From positions 3,685 through 67,684 of IMG/VR virus record IMGVR_UViG_2531839420_000002: 64,000 bases of DNA. One strand, given 5' to 3'. The position numbers were made by a program, and so were the translations under genes. Shown in pieces: positions 9,151 to 17,958 of the stretch (positions are counted from its first letter, which is position 1; each line of letters starts with the position of its first letter). Source of the DNA: a virus. The notes beneath the pieces are model-generated. The model had not been told where the DNA came from and searched no databases. It saw only the letters and a program-made list of their open reading frames with translations.

Positions 9151-9363
9151 GTGAATGCCTTCGGATGCCACTGCCCCAAATGCGGCAGCTCTGGCCAGAT
9201 CGACATCTGCGCTCAGGTATGGGTCCGGCTTACCCGCGTTGGCACCGCCGCTGACCTGTCGCGCCAGGGCAATCACGAATGGAATGACGCCAGTCGGGCC
9301 ACTTGTGACTGCGGCTGGACCGGCCGGGTCAACGAGCTGATCAAGGAGAGCGGCAATGGCTGA
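9151..9363 (+). CDS. Small zinc-ribbon protein
   Basis: CPKCGS..CDCGWTG. Confidence 0.6.
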   Translation: MNAFGCHCPKCGSSGQIDICAQVWVRLTRVGTAADLSRQGNHEWNDASRATCDCGWTGRVNELIKESGNG

Positions 9364-9580
9364 CAAGATCGCCTGCCAGAAATGCGGCCGCAAATGGCAT
9401 CCGCATTTGATCGACGCCAAAGACGATGGGACTGGCAACTTCACCATCTTGGAGGGGCCGTGCTGCTACGGCCCGAATTGGGTGCCGACCACCTATACGC
9501 CGATCGGCGACTTCACCCGGTCAATGCTCGACGAGGGGATGAAGATGCATGAAATCCGAATGAGGGAGCTTCAGCCGTGA
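9356..9580 (+). CDS. Small Cys-containing hypothetical protein
   Basis: CQKCGRKW..GPCCYGP; RBS AAGGAG. Confidence 0.55.
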   Translation: MADKIACQKCGRKWHPHLIDAKDDGTGNFTILEGPCCYGPNWVPTTYTPIGDFTRSMLDEGMKMHEIRMRELQP

Positions 9581-9611
9581 TCGGCGAATATGCCAACGAA
9601 GGGAGAGCGTC

Positions 9612-9884
9612 TTGAGGCTGGTTGATTTCGTTCAGGAGACGCTGACCGACATCGGTGCCCAGCTTGCTTGGTTCGCCGACCCCACCACCGGCGATCATCG
9701 CTGGTGGTTCCGGTTGGGCCAAGGCGCTTTCGTCCCCTTCGACGGCAATATTCTGGCGGCCGGTGATCACCAAGAGATTGTTGACCTGATCACGACTGCC
9801 GCGGCGAATTATGACCCTGACGCCATCCCTGAGTGGCAAAGCATGATGTCCCTGCCGACCGTGACGCCTCTCCCGTTCTCGTAA
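9612..9884 (+). CDS. Hypothetical protein
   Basis: ORF in co-directional cluster; RBS GGGAG. Confidence 0.5.
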   Translation: MRLVDFVQETLTDIGAQLAWFADPTTGDHRWWFRLGQGAFVPFDGNILAAGDHQEIVDLITTAAANYDPDAIPEWQSMMSLPTVTPLPFS

Positions 9885-9916
9885 TCTGGATCAGGAATAA
9901 CGAGAGGAATTGAGCT

Positions 9917-10249
9917 ATGACAGAGTTGGCATACAACCCGCGCTATGCAAATTACGCCAGGGCTCACGGTCGAACGCCTGAAGAACAAGTAGCGCAGGAT
10001 CACCTCGACTGGCCCGGCGGCTCGATGTGCGGCTTCATGTTGTGGAACCGTGAGAAGGTCGGGGAGTTCGGAAAGGTAAATCCCGACGCCTTCATGGCAG
10101 GCGGCTTGTGGGATCATGCCGCCTATGATGCGTGGTTGACCGCCGAAGTGGACAAGATCACCGCGACCTGGGGCGAAGGCATGGACAAGAAGCCGTTGTT
10201 CGCCAGCGAAGAGCTGGAACCTTTGACTACGGACGGGGAGGGCGTCTGA
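9917..10249 (+). CDS. Hypothetical protein
   Basis: YNPRYANYARAHGRTPEEQ..FMLWN pattern; RBS GAGG. Confidence 0.65.
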   Translation: MTELAYNPRYANYARAHGRTPEEQVAQDHLDWPGGSMCGFMLWNREKVGEFGKVNPDAFMAGGLWDHAAYDAWLTAEVDKITATWGEGMDKKPLFASEELEPLTTDGEGV

Positions 10250-10250
10250 C

Positions 10251-10433
10251 ATGGCGATGAATGATCTGACGTGGCTCGACCGCAGGATCGCCGAACAGGC
10301 CGCTTATTACGGACTCGCCGTGGAGCGGTTTATCAAGACATCGAGCGATCTGGCCGAGGCCCAGGAAATAGCAGAAGCCACCGGCGAGTTCGCCTTCGAT
10401 CTACCGCCCGCGCAGCCGCAAGTATCTCCGTAA
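10251..10433 (+). CDS. Small hypothetical protein
   Basis: Starts 2 nt after the previous stop. Confidence 0.5.
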   Translation: MAMNDLTWLDRRIAEQAAYYGLAVERFIKTSSDLAEAQEIAEATGEFAFDLPPAQPQVSP

Positions 10434-10462
10434 ACTGGTCTCATCAACAACGGGGAAAGCCC

Positions 10463-10738
10463 ATGAGAACCTCGAACGCTGCCGGGCATGAGATCAAGCA
10501 CCCGGACGAAGTCATGACCCTGGACGAGCGCGCCTTCCAGATGTGGGCAGTTCACCCGAAGGATCTCGACAACCTCGGTTTCAAGACCAGGGTGAACTTC
10601 TTCAAGGCCCACCTGATCGCGGCGCAGGGAGGGAAAACCTTCTGCGTCGGCTGCCAGGATGAGCATAGTTGCTCCCATGAGGTGGTTGAGCGTTGCGCCG
10701 GTCTGCTGTTCCAAGCTCGTGAGCGAGTCGCGCCATGA
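10463..10738 (+). CDS. Hypothetical protein with C-terminal Cys cluster
   Basis: CVGCQDEHSC..C; ATGA overlap with next gene. Confidence 0.55.
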   Translation: MRTSNAAGHEIKHPDEVMTLDERAFQMWAVHPKDLDNLGFKTRVNFFKAHLIAAQGGKTFCVGCQDEHSCSHEVVERCAGLLFQARERVAP

Positions 10739-11310
10739 GCGCCGTCATGGGAGGGAAAACCAAAGGCGCGTCCCCAGCCGGCGTGCGAAAAGTCCTCGGC
10801 TTGATCGAGTCCGGCGTGAAGATCGGCATCTTCGGCTTGGAAATCCAGGATGTCGGCGACGCGAAGCTGCTGGCTCAGCTCAACGCCGCGCTCGCTCGCG
10901 CCGAACTGGACGGTCTTGTGGACACCGAAGGTCCCGAAGGCAAAGAGATTATGACGATCACCGCCCGGGGCAGGGAGTGGATGGCGGAACATGATCGTAG
11001 CCACGTCAATGGCATCGAACATAGCGTTATTGGCGAGCTGCTTTATCGCCTGGACGGGGAGCTGGCGACCAAAATAGCGCCCATACTGAACGCCTCCGAG
11101 CGAAAGGCTCTCAACACAGCCCGGCGTATGAGGTGGATTATCGTGACTTCTCACGATCGCTACATGGTCACGAATATGGGAGAAGACTGGCTGCTGCAAA
11201 CCCTCCAGGAAGACACGCTCAACAAGATCGCCGTTGGTCGCGCCCTGCGTCTCGACACTGGCGCCGAGTCCCAGCGCAGGGCGATCAATCCGCTCTGGGG
11301 AAGCTGGTGA
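10735..11310 (+). CDS. Hypothetical protein with two winged-helix-like repeats
   Basis: GLV...MTITARGREW and WII...YMVTNMGEDW are wing motifs (x-T-x-x-G-x-x-W). Confidence 0.55.
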   Translation: MSAVMGGKTKGASPAGVRKVLGLIESGVKIGIFGLEIQDVGDAKLLAQLNAALARAELDGLVDTEGPEGKEIMTITARGREWMAEHDRSHVNGIEHSVIGELLYRLDGELATKIAPILNASERKALNTARRMRWIIVTSHDRYMVTNMGEDWLLQTLQEDTLNKIAVGRALRLDTGAESQRRAINPLWGSW

Positions 11311-11522
11311 TGACCAATCTCAGTGAATACCAAACCACCAAAACACTGATCAATGCGTTTATGAAACCAGGGGAGCCAACCCTCGGTGAGCTGGCTCGCA
11401 TGAGCGACCATGATCGAGCAATGGCGATCAGACGGTCCCTGGAGAGCGCCGGCATCGAGGTCAAGAACTGGCCCAGGAAAGAAACGACCGCCGCGGTCAA
11501 TGAGCATTGGGGGACGTGGTGA
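11310..11522 (+). CDS. Small hypothetical protein
   Basis: TGATG coupling; its C-terminus VNEHWGTW echoes INPLWGSW of the previous gene. Confidence 0.5.
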   Translation: MTNLSEYQTTKTLINAFMKPGEPTLGELARMSDHDRAMAIRRSLESAGIEVKNWPRKETTAAVNEHWGTW

Positions 11523-11676
11523 CAGAGCCGACCGACATCGCCAAAAACTTCATGGCGGCGGTCTGCATTGCCGCAACCGTCAGTTACTGGTTATGAGTCC
11601 TGACCCTAAGTGCCAACCGAACAACAACCAAAGCTCCGATAGACTGACCCCATCAAAACAATGGGAGCGATCCAAT

Positions 11677-12027
11677 ATGGAATACGGCGATCTCATCATC
11701 GTGACCAGGGGCAAGCTGAAGGGGATGATCGGCATCTATGACGATGACGATTGGAGCCGAGGCCCGGAGGTCATCTTCTACATCGGCCCGCTGCTGACCC
11801 TCTGCTATAGCGTGCGCGCAAAATCATGTCGTAAGGCCACCTACGAAGACATCACCCAGCGCCATCATTGGCTCTGGCTGAACAAGATCAGCCGGATGGT
11901 TCGGAGCGCCAGCGACTTCGATCCCGATGAGGTCTTCAGGGCCACCCTGGAATGGACAATGCTGGAGAGCTGGCTCGGCGATCGCCGACATCAAGCCCTA
12001 CGTGAGATGACGGATCTGCCGGCATGA
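11677..12027 (+). CDS. Hypothetical protein with KOW-like N-terminus
   Basis: YGDLIIVTRGKLKGMIG matches the KOW pattern; RBS GGGAG. Confidence 0.55.
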   Translation: MEYGDLIIVTRGKLKGMIGIYDDDDWSRGPEVIFYIGPLLTLCYSVRAKSCRKATYEDITQRHHWLWLNKISRMVRSASDFDPDEVFRATLEWTMLESWLGDRRHQALREMTDLPA

Positions 12028-12057
12028 GGCGTAGATAGAAGAACCAGGAGTGTGCCA

Positions 12058-12288
12058 ATGCTAAAGGGAAAAGGCTTCATGCGGCACAAGCTGAAGAATG
12101 GCTGGACCATCGGCTACGATATCAAGAACCGCGCCATCATCCAGTTCACCAAGGATGACCAGATCCCCGGCTACAAGCTGATCGCCGGCTGGCTCTTCAG
12201 CTTTACCAAGGCGTCCTACGGGGATGGATATCGCACCTGGATCAGCATCGGCTGGGGACAAGGCTTCTGGTTCACCACTGGCTTGTAG
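12058..12288 (+). CDS. Small hypothetical protein
   Basis: RBS AGGAG; Trp/Gly-rich. Confidence 0.5.
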   Translation: MLKGKGFMRHKLKNGWTIGYDIKNRAIIQFTKDDQIPGYKLIAGWLFSFTKASYGDGYRTWISIGWGQGFWFTTGL

Positions 12289-12314
12289 GGTCATGCGGGT
12301 GAGAGGGAAGAGAC

Positions 12315-12629
12315 ATGAATAATTCATGCGAAATGGGATGGTCATATCCCGGCCCATCGAACTCTGGGATCGCGGACGTGATCGTTCACACCGTGTCTGT
12401 CGCCACGTTAATCGGAGATATCAATCCCATTCATGATTTGGATGGCGACACTGTCTTTGTTGCCAATACGAACAAAGGTCAGAGCCATCTAGGTTCCAAA
12501 ACCATGCTAATGGTTTCACATGAAGCGGACTGGTATATCGGCGTCTTGATTAAAGACGGGTTGATCGTGAATGACCTAAGAGTTGATAAATTTAGGCACG
12601 CCGATCCCCACAACGCCAATGAGGATTAG
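12315..12629 (+). CDS. Hypothetical protein (lower-GC moron)
   Basis: ORF with visibly more A/T-ending codons. Confidence 0.45.
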   Translation: MNNSCEMGWSYPGPSNSGIADVIVHTVSVATLIGDINPIHDLDGDTVFVANTNKGQSHLGSKTMLMVSHEADWYIGVLIKDGLIVNDLRVDKFRHADPHNANED

Positions 12630-12746
12630 CGTCGGCTTGACCCTGCGCCGATGACGTGTTTTGAATGAGGCGGGCGCGGCCCCGGCCAAGGTAGCACGCG
12701 CCCGCCGTGAAGTGAGTAGAGGTGGGTCCTGTCGAAGGGCTTACCT

Positions 12747-12959
12747 CTACTCCGTCACCACTCCGTATCCCGCCATCATCAAATCGGTGATAAGCCAAGC
12801 AAATTCGTCTTGGAAATCGCCGTTGTGCGCGTTGAGGTCATCCACCGAAAGATCGGTAATCACATTGTGCTCCCGGAGCACATCTCCGACGCAGTGAATG
12901 GCGCGCCTGATGGCCAAGCTGCGCATTTGTGAAAAGTGAACCTCCGAAACAGTGTGCAT
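12747..12959 (-). CDS. Small hypothetical protein (moron)
   Basis: AGGAG RBS on the minus strand before the ATG. Confidence 0.5.
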   Translation of the reverse strand: MHTVSEVHFSQMRSLAIRRAIHCVGDVLREHNVITDLSVDDLNAHNGDFQDEFAWLITDLMMAGYGVVTE

Positions 12960-13612
12960 TTCAACTCCTTTGCTTATGAGCGGCGCGCTCTACCAAGGCA
13001 GATACGCACCATCAGCCAACGTAAGCGCAAAAATCACAAATGAGCAATGACGAGCGGGACATAACGCCCCGAATGATTTCCGCCACTCAGGGCTATCAGC
13101 TTTGTGGATGGTTTGACAACATTGTGAATGAAAGAACCAGCAAATGGCCTAGCCGACATTGACATCCGTCTGATAGCGCTTGCAATTCGTCTCCCCCTAA
13201 AACGACCATTGGATTAACTCCGTGAACCTGTAAAAGGGAGGGCGGAAAGACGACGTAGGTGAACAAGACGGTGTTTGAGGTAAGAGAGGAGGGTGGTGTT
13301 TTTGTGTAAGGGGGAAAGGAGGTGATTTCGCCCCGGCAAGCTCTGCCCTCCGTCTCCCGAATTTTCCCTTACACCAGGCCGGAAGGTTCCCAGAGCCACG
13401 GCCGACCCTCTCTAAACCGCAGGTCGCCGCGGTCTTCGCATCCTTGGCCAGGCCGAGGTCATTCGCACGGGGCCGTGGTTAATATAAGGGTCGATGCAAT
13501 CCAGGCCGCGATCAAGAACTGCCTCGTGAATTCGCTAATCCGCCAACCGAGTGACCGTCCCTTCCCGGGGCATGATCTCTTCATTGGGATCACACGGGAA
13601 GGAACCCCAGCA

Positions 13613-13840
13613 ATGAGCGAGATCGTGACCATCGTGGAAGCCAACGTGAACACGACCAAGTTCTCCCTGCATTACCACCCGCGCTTCAATACCTGGACCA
13701 TCATGAGCGACGCCGGCGCCGGGTGGACTGAGATCGCCCGCTTGCGCAGCATGGTGGCGGCGATCCAGGTGCTTCAGCACGAGATTAAGATGGAGCTGAC
13801 CACCCTCCGGGTCAGCGATTTGATTTCCCAGGCCGCCTGA
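13613..13840 (+). CDS. Small hypothetical protein
   Basis: RBS GGAAGGA; followed by a terminator. Confidence 0.55.
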   Translation: MSEIVTIVEANVNTTKFSLHYHPRFNTWTIMSDAGAGWTEIARLRSMVAAIQVLQHEIKMELTTLRVSDLISQAA

Positions 13841-13892
13841 GCGCCAAAAAGGATCGAGAACAAACTTCGGCGTCTATCCCTGCCGACCAACT

Positions 13893-13929
13893 GCCCCAGG
13901 CGTCCCAGTGGCGTCTGGGGCGTTTTTTT
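13893..13929 (+). terminator. Rho-independent terminator
   Basis: GCCCCAG..CTGGGGC hairpin followed by T7. Confidence 0.6.
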
Positions 13930-14379
13930 GGGAAGAGCCGTGCGTGGTAGCGCCGGAAGGGCAGGGAGGTTTCGCCGTGGTCAGAATACGATCGGGTCGC
14001 CTCTAGGATACGGCTGGCGCTGCCTATGGCTGATCCATGGTGCCGCCAGAAGGATACGGCACGGGCCGCCTATGGCTGATCCGTGGCGTTGCCTTGGCGG
14101 CGGGAAAGAGGCGCCGCCAAGGCGAGACCTGTCGATCGGGTGGCGTCACCGAGGTTCAGCCTCGTGACTGGGTGGCAAAGCGACACCGTGGCGGCGGGAT
14201 GCGGGGGTGGGAGATGCCGCCACGGCGTCATTGCATGGGGGAGATATAGCGCATTCGCGAATTCGTGACCATGGCGAACTGCGCCGGGGTCGAAATCTGC
14301 CGTCGAACCGCCACGAGAACAGCCTACTGGGGATGGGGATGATGAGTGCATCGAACAACGCACATGAAAGGGTGCCCCC

Positions 14380-14574
14380 ATGACGAAGCAGCAAGAACGC
14401 GACCTGATCGCCGCCCAACTCCAGGGGCGTCCCGTGCAGAAGATTGCCACCGGCAAGTCGGGTCTCGACGGCGAGCAGCGTTTCAAGCTGAAGTGCGCCA
14501 TTCACGGGGACGAGTGGGCTGCCAAGCGGGTGGCAGGGCGGTCAGTCTTGACTCCGCAAGCCTGCCACCCATAA
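14380..14574 (+). CDS. Small hypothetical protein
   Basis: RBS AAGGG; sits just upstream of the TA pair. Confidence 0.5.
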   Translation: MTKQQERDLIAAQLQGRPVQKIATGKSGLDGEQRFKLKCAIHGDEWAAKRVAGRSVLTPQACHP

Positions 14575-14580
14575 TTACGA

Positions 14581-14886
14581 ATGATCGAGATCCGTCAGAC
14601 GGCCACGTTCCGCGATTGGCTGGCCAAACTGAACGATGAGCGCGCTCGAAGTCGTATCGCCAAAAGGATCGCCATCGTTCAGTCCGGCTTGCTGGGCGAT
14701 GCCAAGTTTTTCGACGGCATCGGCGAGCTTCGCATCGACTACGGCCCCGGCTATCGCCTCTATTTCGTTCGCCGAGGCTCGGTGTTGATTGTCCTGCTGT
14801 GCGGCGGCGACAAGGGGAGCCAAGTGCGCGACATTCGCAAGGCGAAAGAAATGGCTGCGGAATTGGAGAGATCATCATGGCTCTGA
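14581..14886 (+). CDS. Type II TA toxin, RelE/ParE (HigB-like addiction module killer) family
   Basis: F..WLAKLND..ARSRI..RI..G.LGDAK..GIGELRIDYGPGYRLYF..LLCGGDK.SQ..DI..AK is a full family match. Confidence 0.92.
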   Translation: MIEIRQTATFRDWLAKLNDERARSRIAKRIAIVQSGLLGDAKFFDGIGELRIDYGPGYRLYFVRRGSVLIVLLCGGDKGSQVRDIRKAKEMAAELERSSWL

Positions 14887-15128
14887 ACACATTCCCCTTC
14901 GACGCGGCGGAATACCTGACCGACCCGGAAGACCAGACCGATCTCCTGAACGAAGCGCTGGCCAGCGGTGACGCCAACGTCGTCGCCAACGCCTTGAGCA
15001 TCGTGGCTCGAGCGCGAAACATGGCTCTCAGCGGCGACGGCGAAAGCGCCCCGCTTCTGGCAACCACTCTTGGGTTGATGCGTGCGCTTGGGGTGACGCT
15101 CAAAGCCCAGATTAAACCAGCAGCTTAG
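14877..15128 (+). CDS. Addiction module antidote protein (HigA-like), HTH internally shortened
   Basis: FDAAEYL..LNEALASGD..AL..VARAR..LMRALGVTL; the usual T.LA..TGLSRESLY helix is missing. Confidence 0.8.
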   Translation: MALNTFPFDAAEYLTDPEDQTDLLNEALASGDANVVANALSIVARARNMALSGDGESAPLLATTLGLMRALGVTLKAQIKPAA

Positions 15129-15561
15129 AACGCGATTTCCGGGGCACTGAGCGCCCTTTTTGCCCCGTGGGGTATGTCTCCCGCCCCACGGGGCTTTCCC
15201 CGTTCTACGGGCTTTAAATCGCGATTTCGCGAATACGGTCCAACAGGGTCAGGTTACTCGACCCGTCCCGGCCTGACCACGGCGGCACCTGGTTCCCAGG
15301 CCGGCGGTGCCGTGGCGTTGGGGTCTGGGTCTTCCAGGCCAAGGCGGTCACGTTGCCCGCGGCCAGGCCACCCGTTGACCGGACTCCGGCCGTCCACAGA
15401 ACCTCGGCCGTCCACAGACTCCAGGCCGCCATCAATCCACCACCCAACCACCCGGAAATCCGCCTCCCGCCCGCCGCGCGAGCAGCCTTCGGTTCTGGGC
15501 GAAGATGATCTTGTCCCGAGGGAATAGCCCCTCGGGAGAACGCAACAAGGGATGGACACCC

Positions 15562-15768
15562 ATGGGCAAGACTTTTCGCCGTGACGCTGAACTCGCCGAC
15601 GCCTGGGCTTTGGAGGCCGAGCGCAAGATGAAGGTCAAGAAGCGCCAGAAGCGTCACGCTCGACGCTTCTTGAGCAAATGCATGGCTCTTAGTGCTGTCG
15701 ATGGCTTGTTTGTCCCCGATCTCAGCAGCTCCGATCTGATCGACCCGCCGGTGTTCGACGCCATCTGA
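15562..15768 (+). CDS. Small basic hypothetical protein
   Basis: MGKTFRR..K/R-rich; followed by hairpin at about 15776-15800. Confidence 0.45.
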   Translation: MGKTFRRDAELADAWALEAERKMKVKKRQKRHARRFLSKCMALSAVDGLFVPDLSSSDLIDPPVFDAI

Positions 15769-16377
15769 TCAAGCCAGGGGAGGGGCGTTCGCCTCTCCCC
15801 GCTTCGTCAATTCGCGAATTAGCCATGGTCGTCTGGAGGTGTCGCCTCGGTGCCGCCTGTTGGATACGGCGGGGCTCGTCGCCAGGTGAGCCGTGGCGGC
15901 GCCATAAGGATACGGCACGGACTCAGACAGGCGATCCTATGGCGCCGCCATAAGGATACGGCTCACGCCTGACCTGGGATGTCCTGGCGGCGCCGCCGCC
16001 GAGCCAGACTTCCCCGTTCGATCCCCGTCTCGGGTTGAACGCGGGGGCTTTTTCGTCCCCTCCCCGCGTTCGGGGCTTCTGTCCCCTCCCGTCACTTCCC
16101 GAGGTGGGTATCCCCGGGATGCTCGCCTCTTTGGGCTATGTCGCTTTCTTCATCGCTGTCTCATTTCGCGTCCCTCGAAACCGTTGCTCATGGGTCTTTT
16201 ATAACCCCGTCTTTTGAGGGACGCAATACCCTTTTTTATGTCCCTTCGTTTTTTTGCGCCCTCGCTTTCAAAGAGCGCGAGCGCAACCCCCTTTATAAGA
16301 GGGGGAGGAGGGACAAACCCAAATTTTCCCTTGTTTTCAAGGACGACCAAAAAAATCAGTCAGCATTGATTTTTCTG

Positions 16378-16416
16378 TTGCGTAGGACATTCGGGACGCT
16401 ATTATGAGGGACACAA
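16378..16416 (+). promoter_or_regulatory. Sigma70-like promoter followed by GAGGGACACAA leader
   Basis: TTGCGT-N16-TATTAT, immediately followed by GAGGGACACAA. Confidence 0.55.
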
Positions 16417-16457
16417 GCGACGCACAAAGCGACGCAACAAACGAAGGGATAGACATC

Positions 16458-17129
16458 ATGGAAAATTTCGCTAACGCCCTCGCGCTCGTCACCCCGGAAC
16501 AGATCGAAGCGAAGCGCGCCCATGTTGAAAGCGTTATCAACGCCCGCATTGAGCGGGAAGTCGCGAAGGGAACGACCCTTCCCGCGAAGCTCGCGAAGCA
16601 TCGGGATCGCTTCGTTGCCCCCGGAGTCCTTCGCGTTCTGTGCGCGATGGGCGTTGATCTTTCCCTTGTGTTCAATGAGGCGAAAGTGGACGGCCAACAG
16701 TTTTGCGAGAAAGCCCTTAACCGTGCGTGCCTCGCGCTCTCCCGTGCCGTCAACTATGCCATCCCCTTGAGCGAAGCGGAAATTGACGACAGCGGGAAGC
16801 ACGGGAAAAAGGGAAGCGTAGAACTGAAGTATATTCATATCTTCATGCACAATGCTTCTATTCTTGCTTCTCTCGGGGAATACTTCACAAGCGATCTTCA
16901 GTGCTTCACTGTTAGCAACAAATACACCCCCAAGGGAAAGCGCGTTTCGGGTCTTCTCCGTCACTCTCTCGCTGTCGAAACCGCGTCCCGTCAATCGGGG
17001 CTTACCCGCCGCGCTTTGATCGCGCTCGGGGTTGCGAAGGGGAAAGCGGAAGCGACGGGGCGGGATGCGACGATTGTTATCAATCTGGAACACCCCCTGT
17101 CTCAGTTCTTCCTGAACATCGAGAAATAA
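16458..17129 (+). CDS. Hypothetical protein in compositionally distinct island; C-terminus resembles that of the 2163 protein
   Basis: GGGATAGAC leader, own promoter and terminator; atypical codon use. Confidence 0.75.
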   Translation: MENFANALALVTPEQIEAKRAHVESVINARIEREVAKGTTLPAKLAKHRDRFVAPGVLRVLCAMGVDLSLVFNEAKVDGQQFCEKALNRACLALSRAVNYAIPLSEAEIDDSGKHGKKGSVELKYIHIFMHNASILASLGEYFTSDLQCFTVSNKYTPKGKRVSGLLRHSLAVETASRQSGLTRRALIALGVAKGKAEATGRDATIVINLEHPLSQFFLNIEK

Positions 17130-17137
17130 GGGGCGCT

Positions 17138-17160
17138 GGGGCGGGGGAAAACCCCGCCCC
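17138..17160 (+). terminator. Hairpin after the 16458 gene
   Basis: GGGGCGGGG-gaaaa-CCCCGCCCC. Confidence 0.5.
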
Positions 17161-17256
17161 GCTACTACCCCACCCCGGAAGGGGAACCCGCCCCACAGGG
17201 GCTTAAAACGGGCTTTCACGGGGTGTCGCTTTTCTTCACTGTCCCTCACATTCCGC

Positions 17257-17299
17257 TTGCAATGTCACTCGTTGCAGGGGTATTTAAAGAGGGACACAA
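17257..17299 (+). promoter_or_regulatory. Second sigma70-like promoter with the same GAGGGACACAA leader
   Basis: TTGCAA-N18-TATTTA, then AAGAGGGACACAA. Confidence 0.5.
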
Positions 17300-17319
17300 C
17301 AAACCCAAAGGGGTAGACA

Positions 17320-17379
17320 AATGAAACACGTTCTCGGGTTTTGCTGGGCCTTCGCTCGCAGCTATTCGGGTGGATATAG
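17320..17379 (+). CDS. Putative 19-aa hydrophobic peptide MKHVLGFLLGLRSQLFGWI
   Basis: Same AAGGG(A)TAGAC leader as the 16458 gene; translated by hand. Confidence 0.35.
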   Translation, partial: NETRSRVLLGLRSQLFGWI

Positions 17380-17667
17380 GGTGCGCAAGTCACCCGTTGC
17401 GCTTCGGATCAAAAAAGGGACTTGACACACGCGGGACGTGTGGGGCGATCACTCGCCCCACAACCTAGGGGTATATTAGAAGTCTTAGAGATTTTCGCGG
17501 CCCGGCATGGCCATGCCGCCTGTGTGCCGACCCCGCCACCGACCAACCTTATAGAACCGACCCGCCGGCGCGCAGACGATCCTTATACAGGCGCGCAGAC
17601 CCCTTGACCTCCCAGACCCCAACTCGCATTCTCCCAGCTTGACGAACGATAGAACCGGAGGCTGACG

Positions 17668-17958
17668 ATGAACGAGGCTGGAGTCTCCCCAAAGCACTTG
17701 GCGGTGCTCTACCGCATCGACCGACGAATGGTGAAGCTGTGGCAAATGCCCCAGCTACTCGTCGCGCTATCGCGCGACGAGCTGCCGCGGGCGGCCGCCG
17801 ATCTCGCGAGCAGGGAGCTGCACAACCAGCGTGAGGCCAACGCCATGGTGGCCACGATCTCGATGCTGCCGACCGAGCTGCGCCGCAGCCAGAGCCTTAT
17901 AGAGGCTCTGGGCCGGGCGTTCGAGCTGTCCTATGGCGTCGGCGGAACGGTTCACTGA
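17668..17958 (+). CDS. Hypothetical protein
   Basis: RBS GGAGG before the ATG. Confidence 0.55.
   Translation: MNEAGVSPKHLAVLYRIDRRMVKLWQMPQLLVALSRDELPRAAADLASRELHNQREANAMVATISMLPTELRRSQSLIEALGRAFELSYGVGGTVH

Larger units (their letters stand above)
1802..15990 (+). repeat. Dispersed GGATACGGC repeat family with 46-bp period
   Basis: Core at 14006, 14052, 15862, 15908 and 15954 (46-bp spacing within each cluster), plus a related copy at about 1803 (GATACGGC..GCCTATAGGTGATCCTGG). Confidence 0.75.

Noticed and set aside
12971-12997. Minus-strand TGGTAGAGCG..CTCATAA resembling a tRNA D-arm and CAT anticodon loop
   Set aside because: The anticodon stem does not pair, and no T-arm (GTTCRA) or acceptor stem follows
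13000-13600. Gene-poor stretch with purine-rich tract (ORFs 13214-13399 and 13322 extension)
   Set aside because: No RBS, family motif or convincing RNA structure by eye; cannot support a call
15387-15418. CGTCCACAG repeats as DnaA boxes
   Set aside because: Three mismatches to TTATCCACA; treated only as a direct repeat
14005-15990. 46-bp-period repeats as a true CRISPR array
   Set aside because: The conserved core is only about 9-19 bp, there are at most three consecutive units, the spacers resemble one another, and no cas genes are present; kept only as an unexplained repeat
16035-17450. Protelomerase target (telRL) of a linear phage-plasmid
   Set aside because: No long perfect palindrome and no protelomerase gene seen
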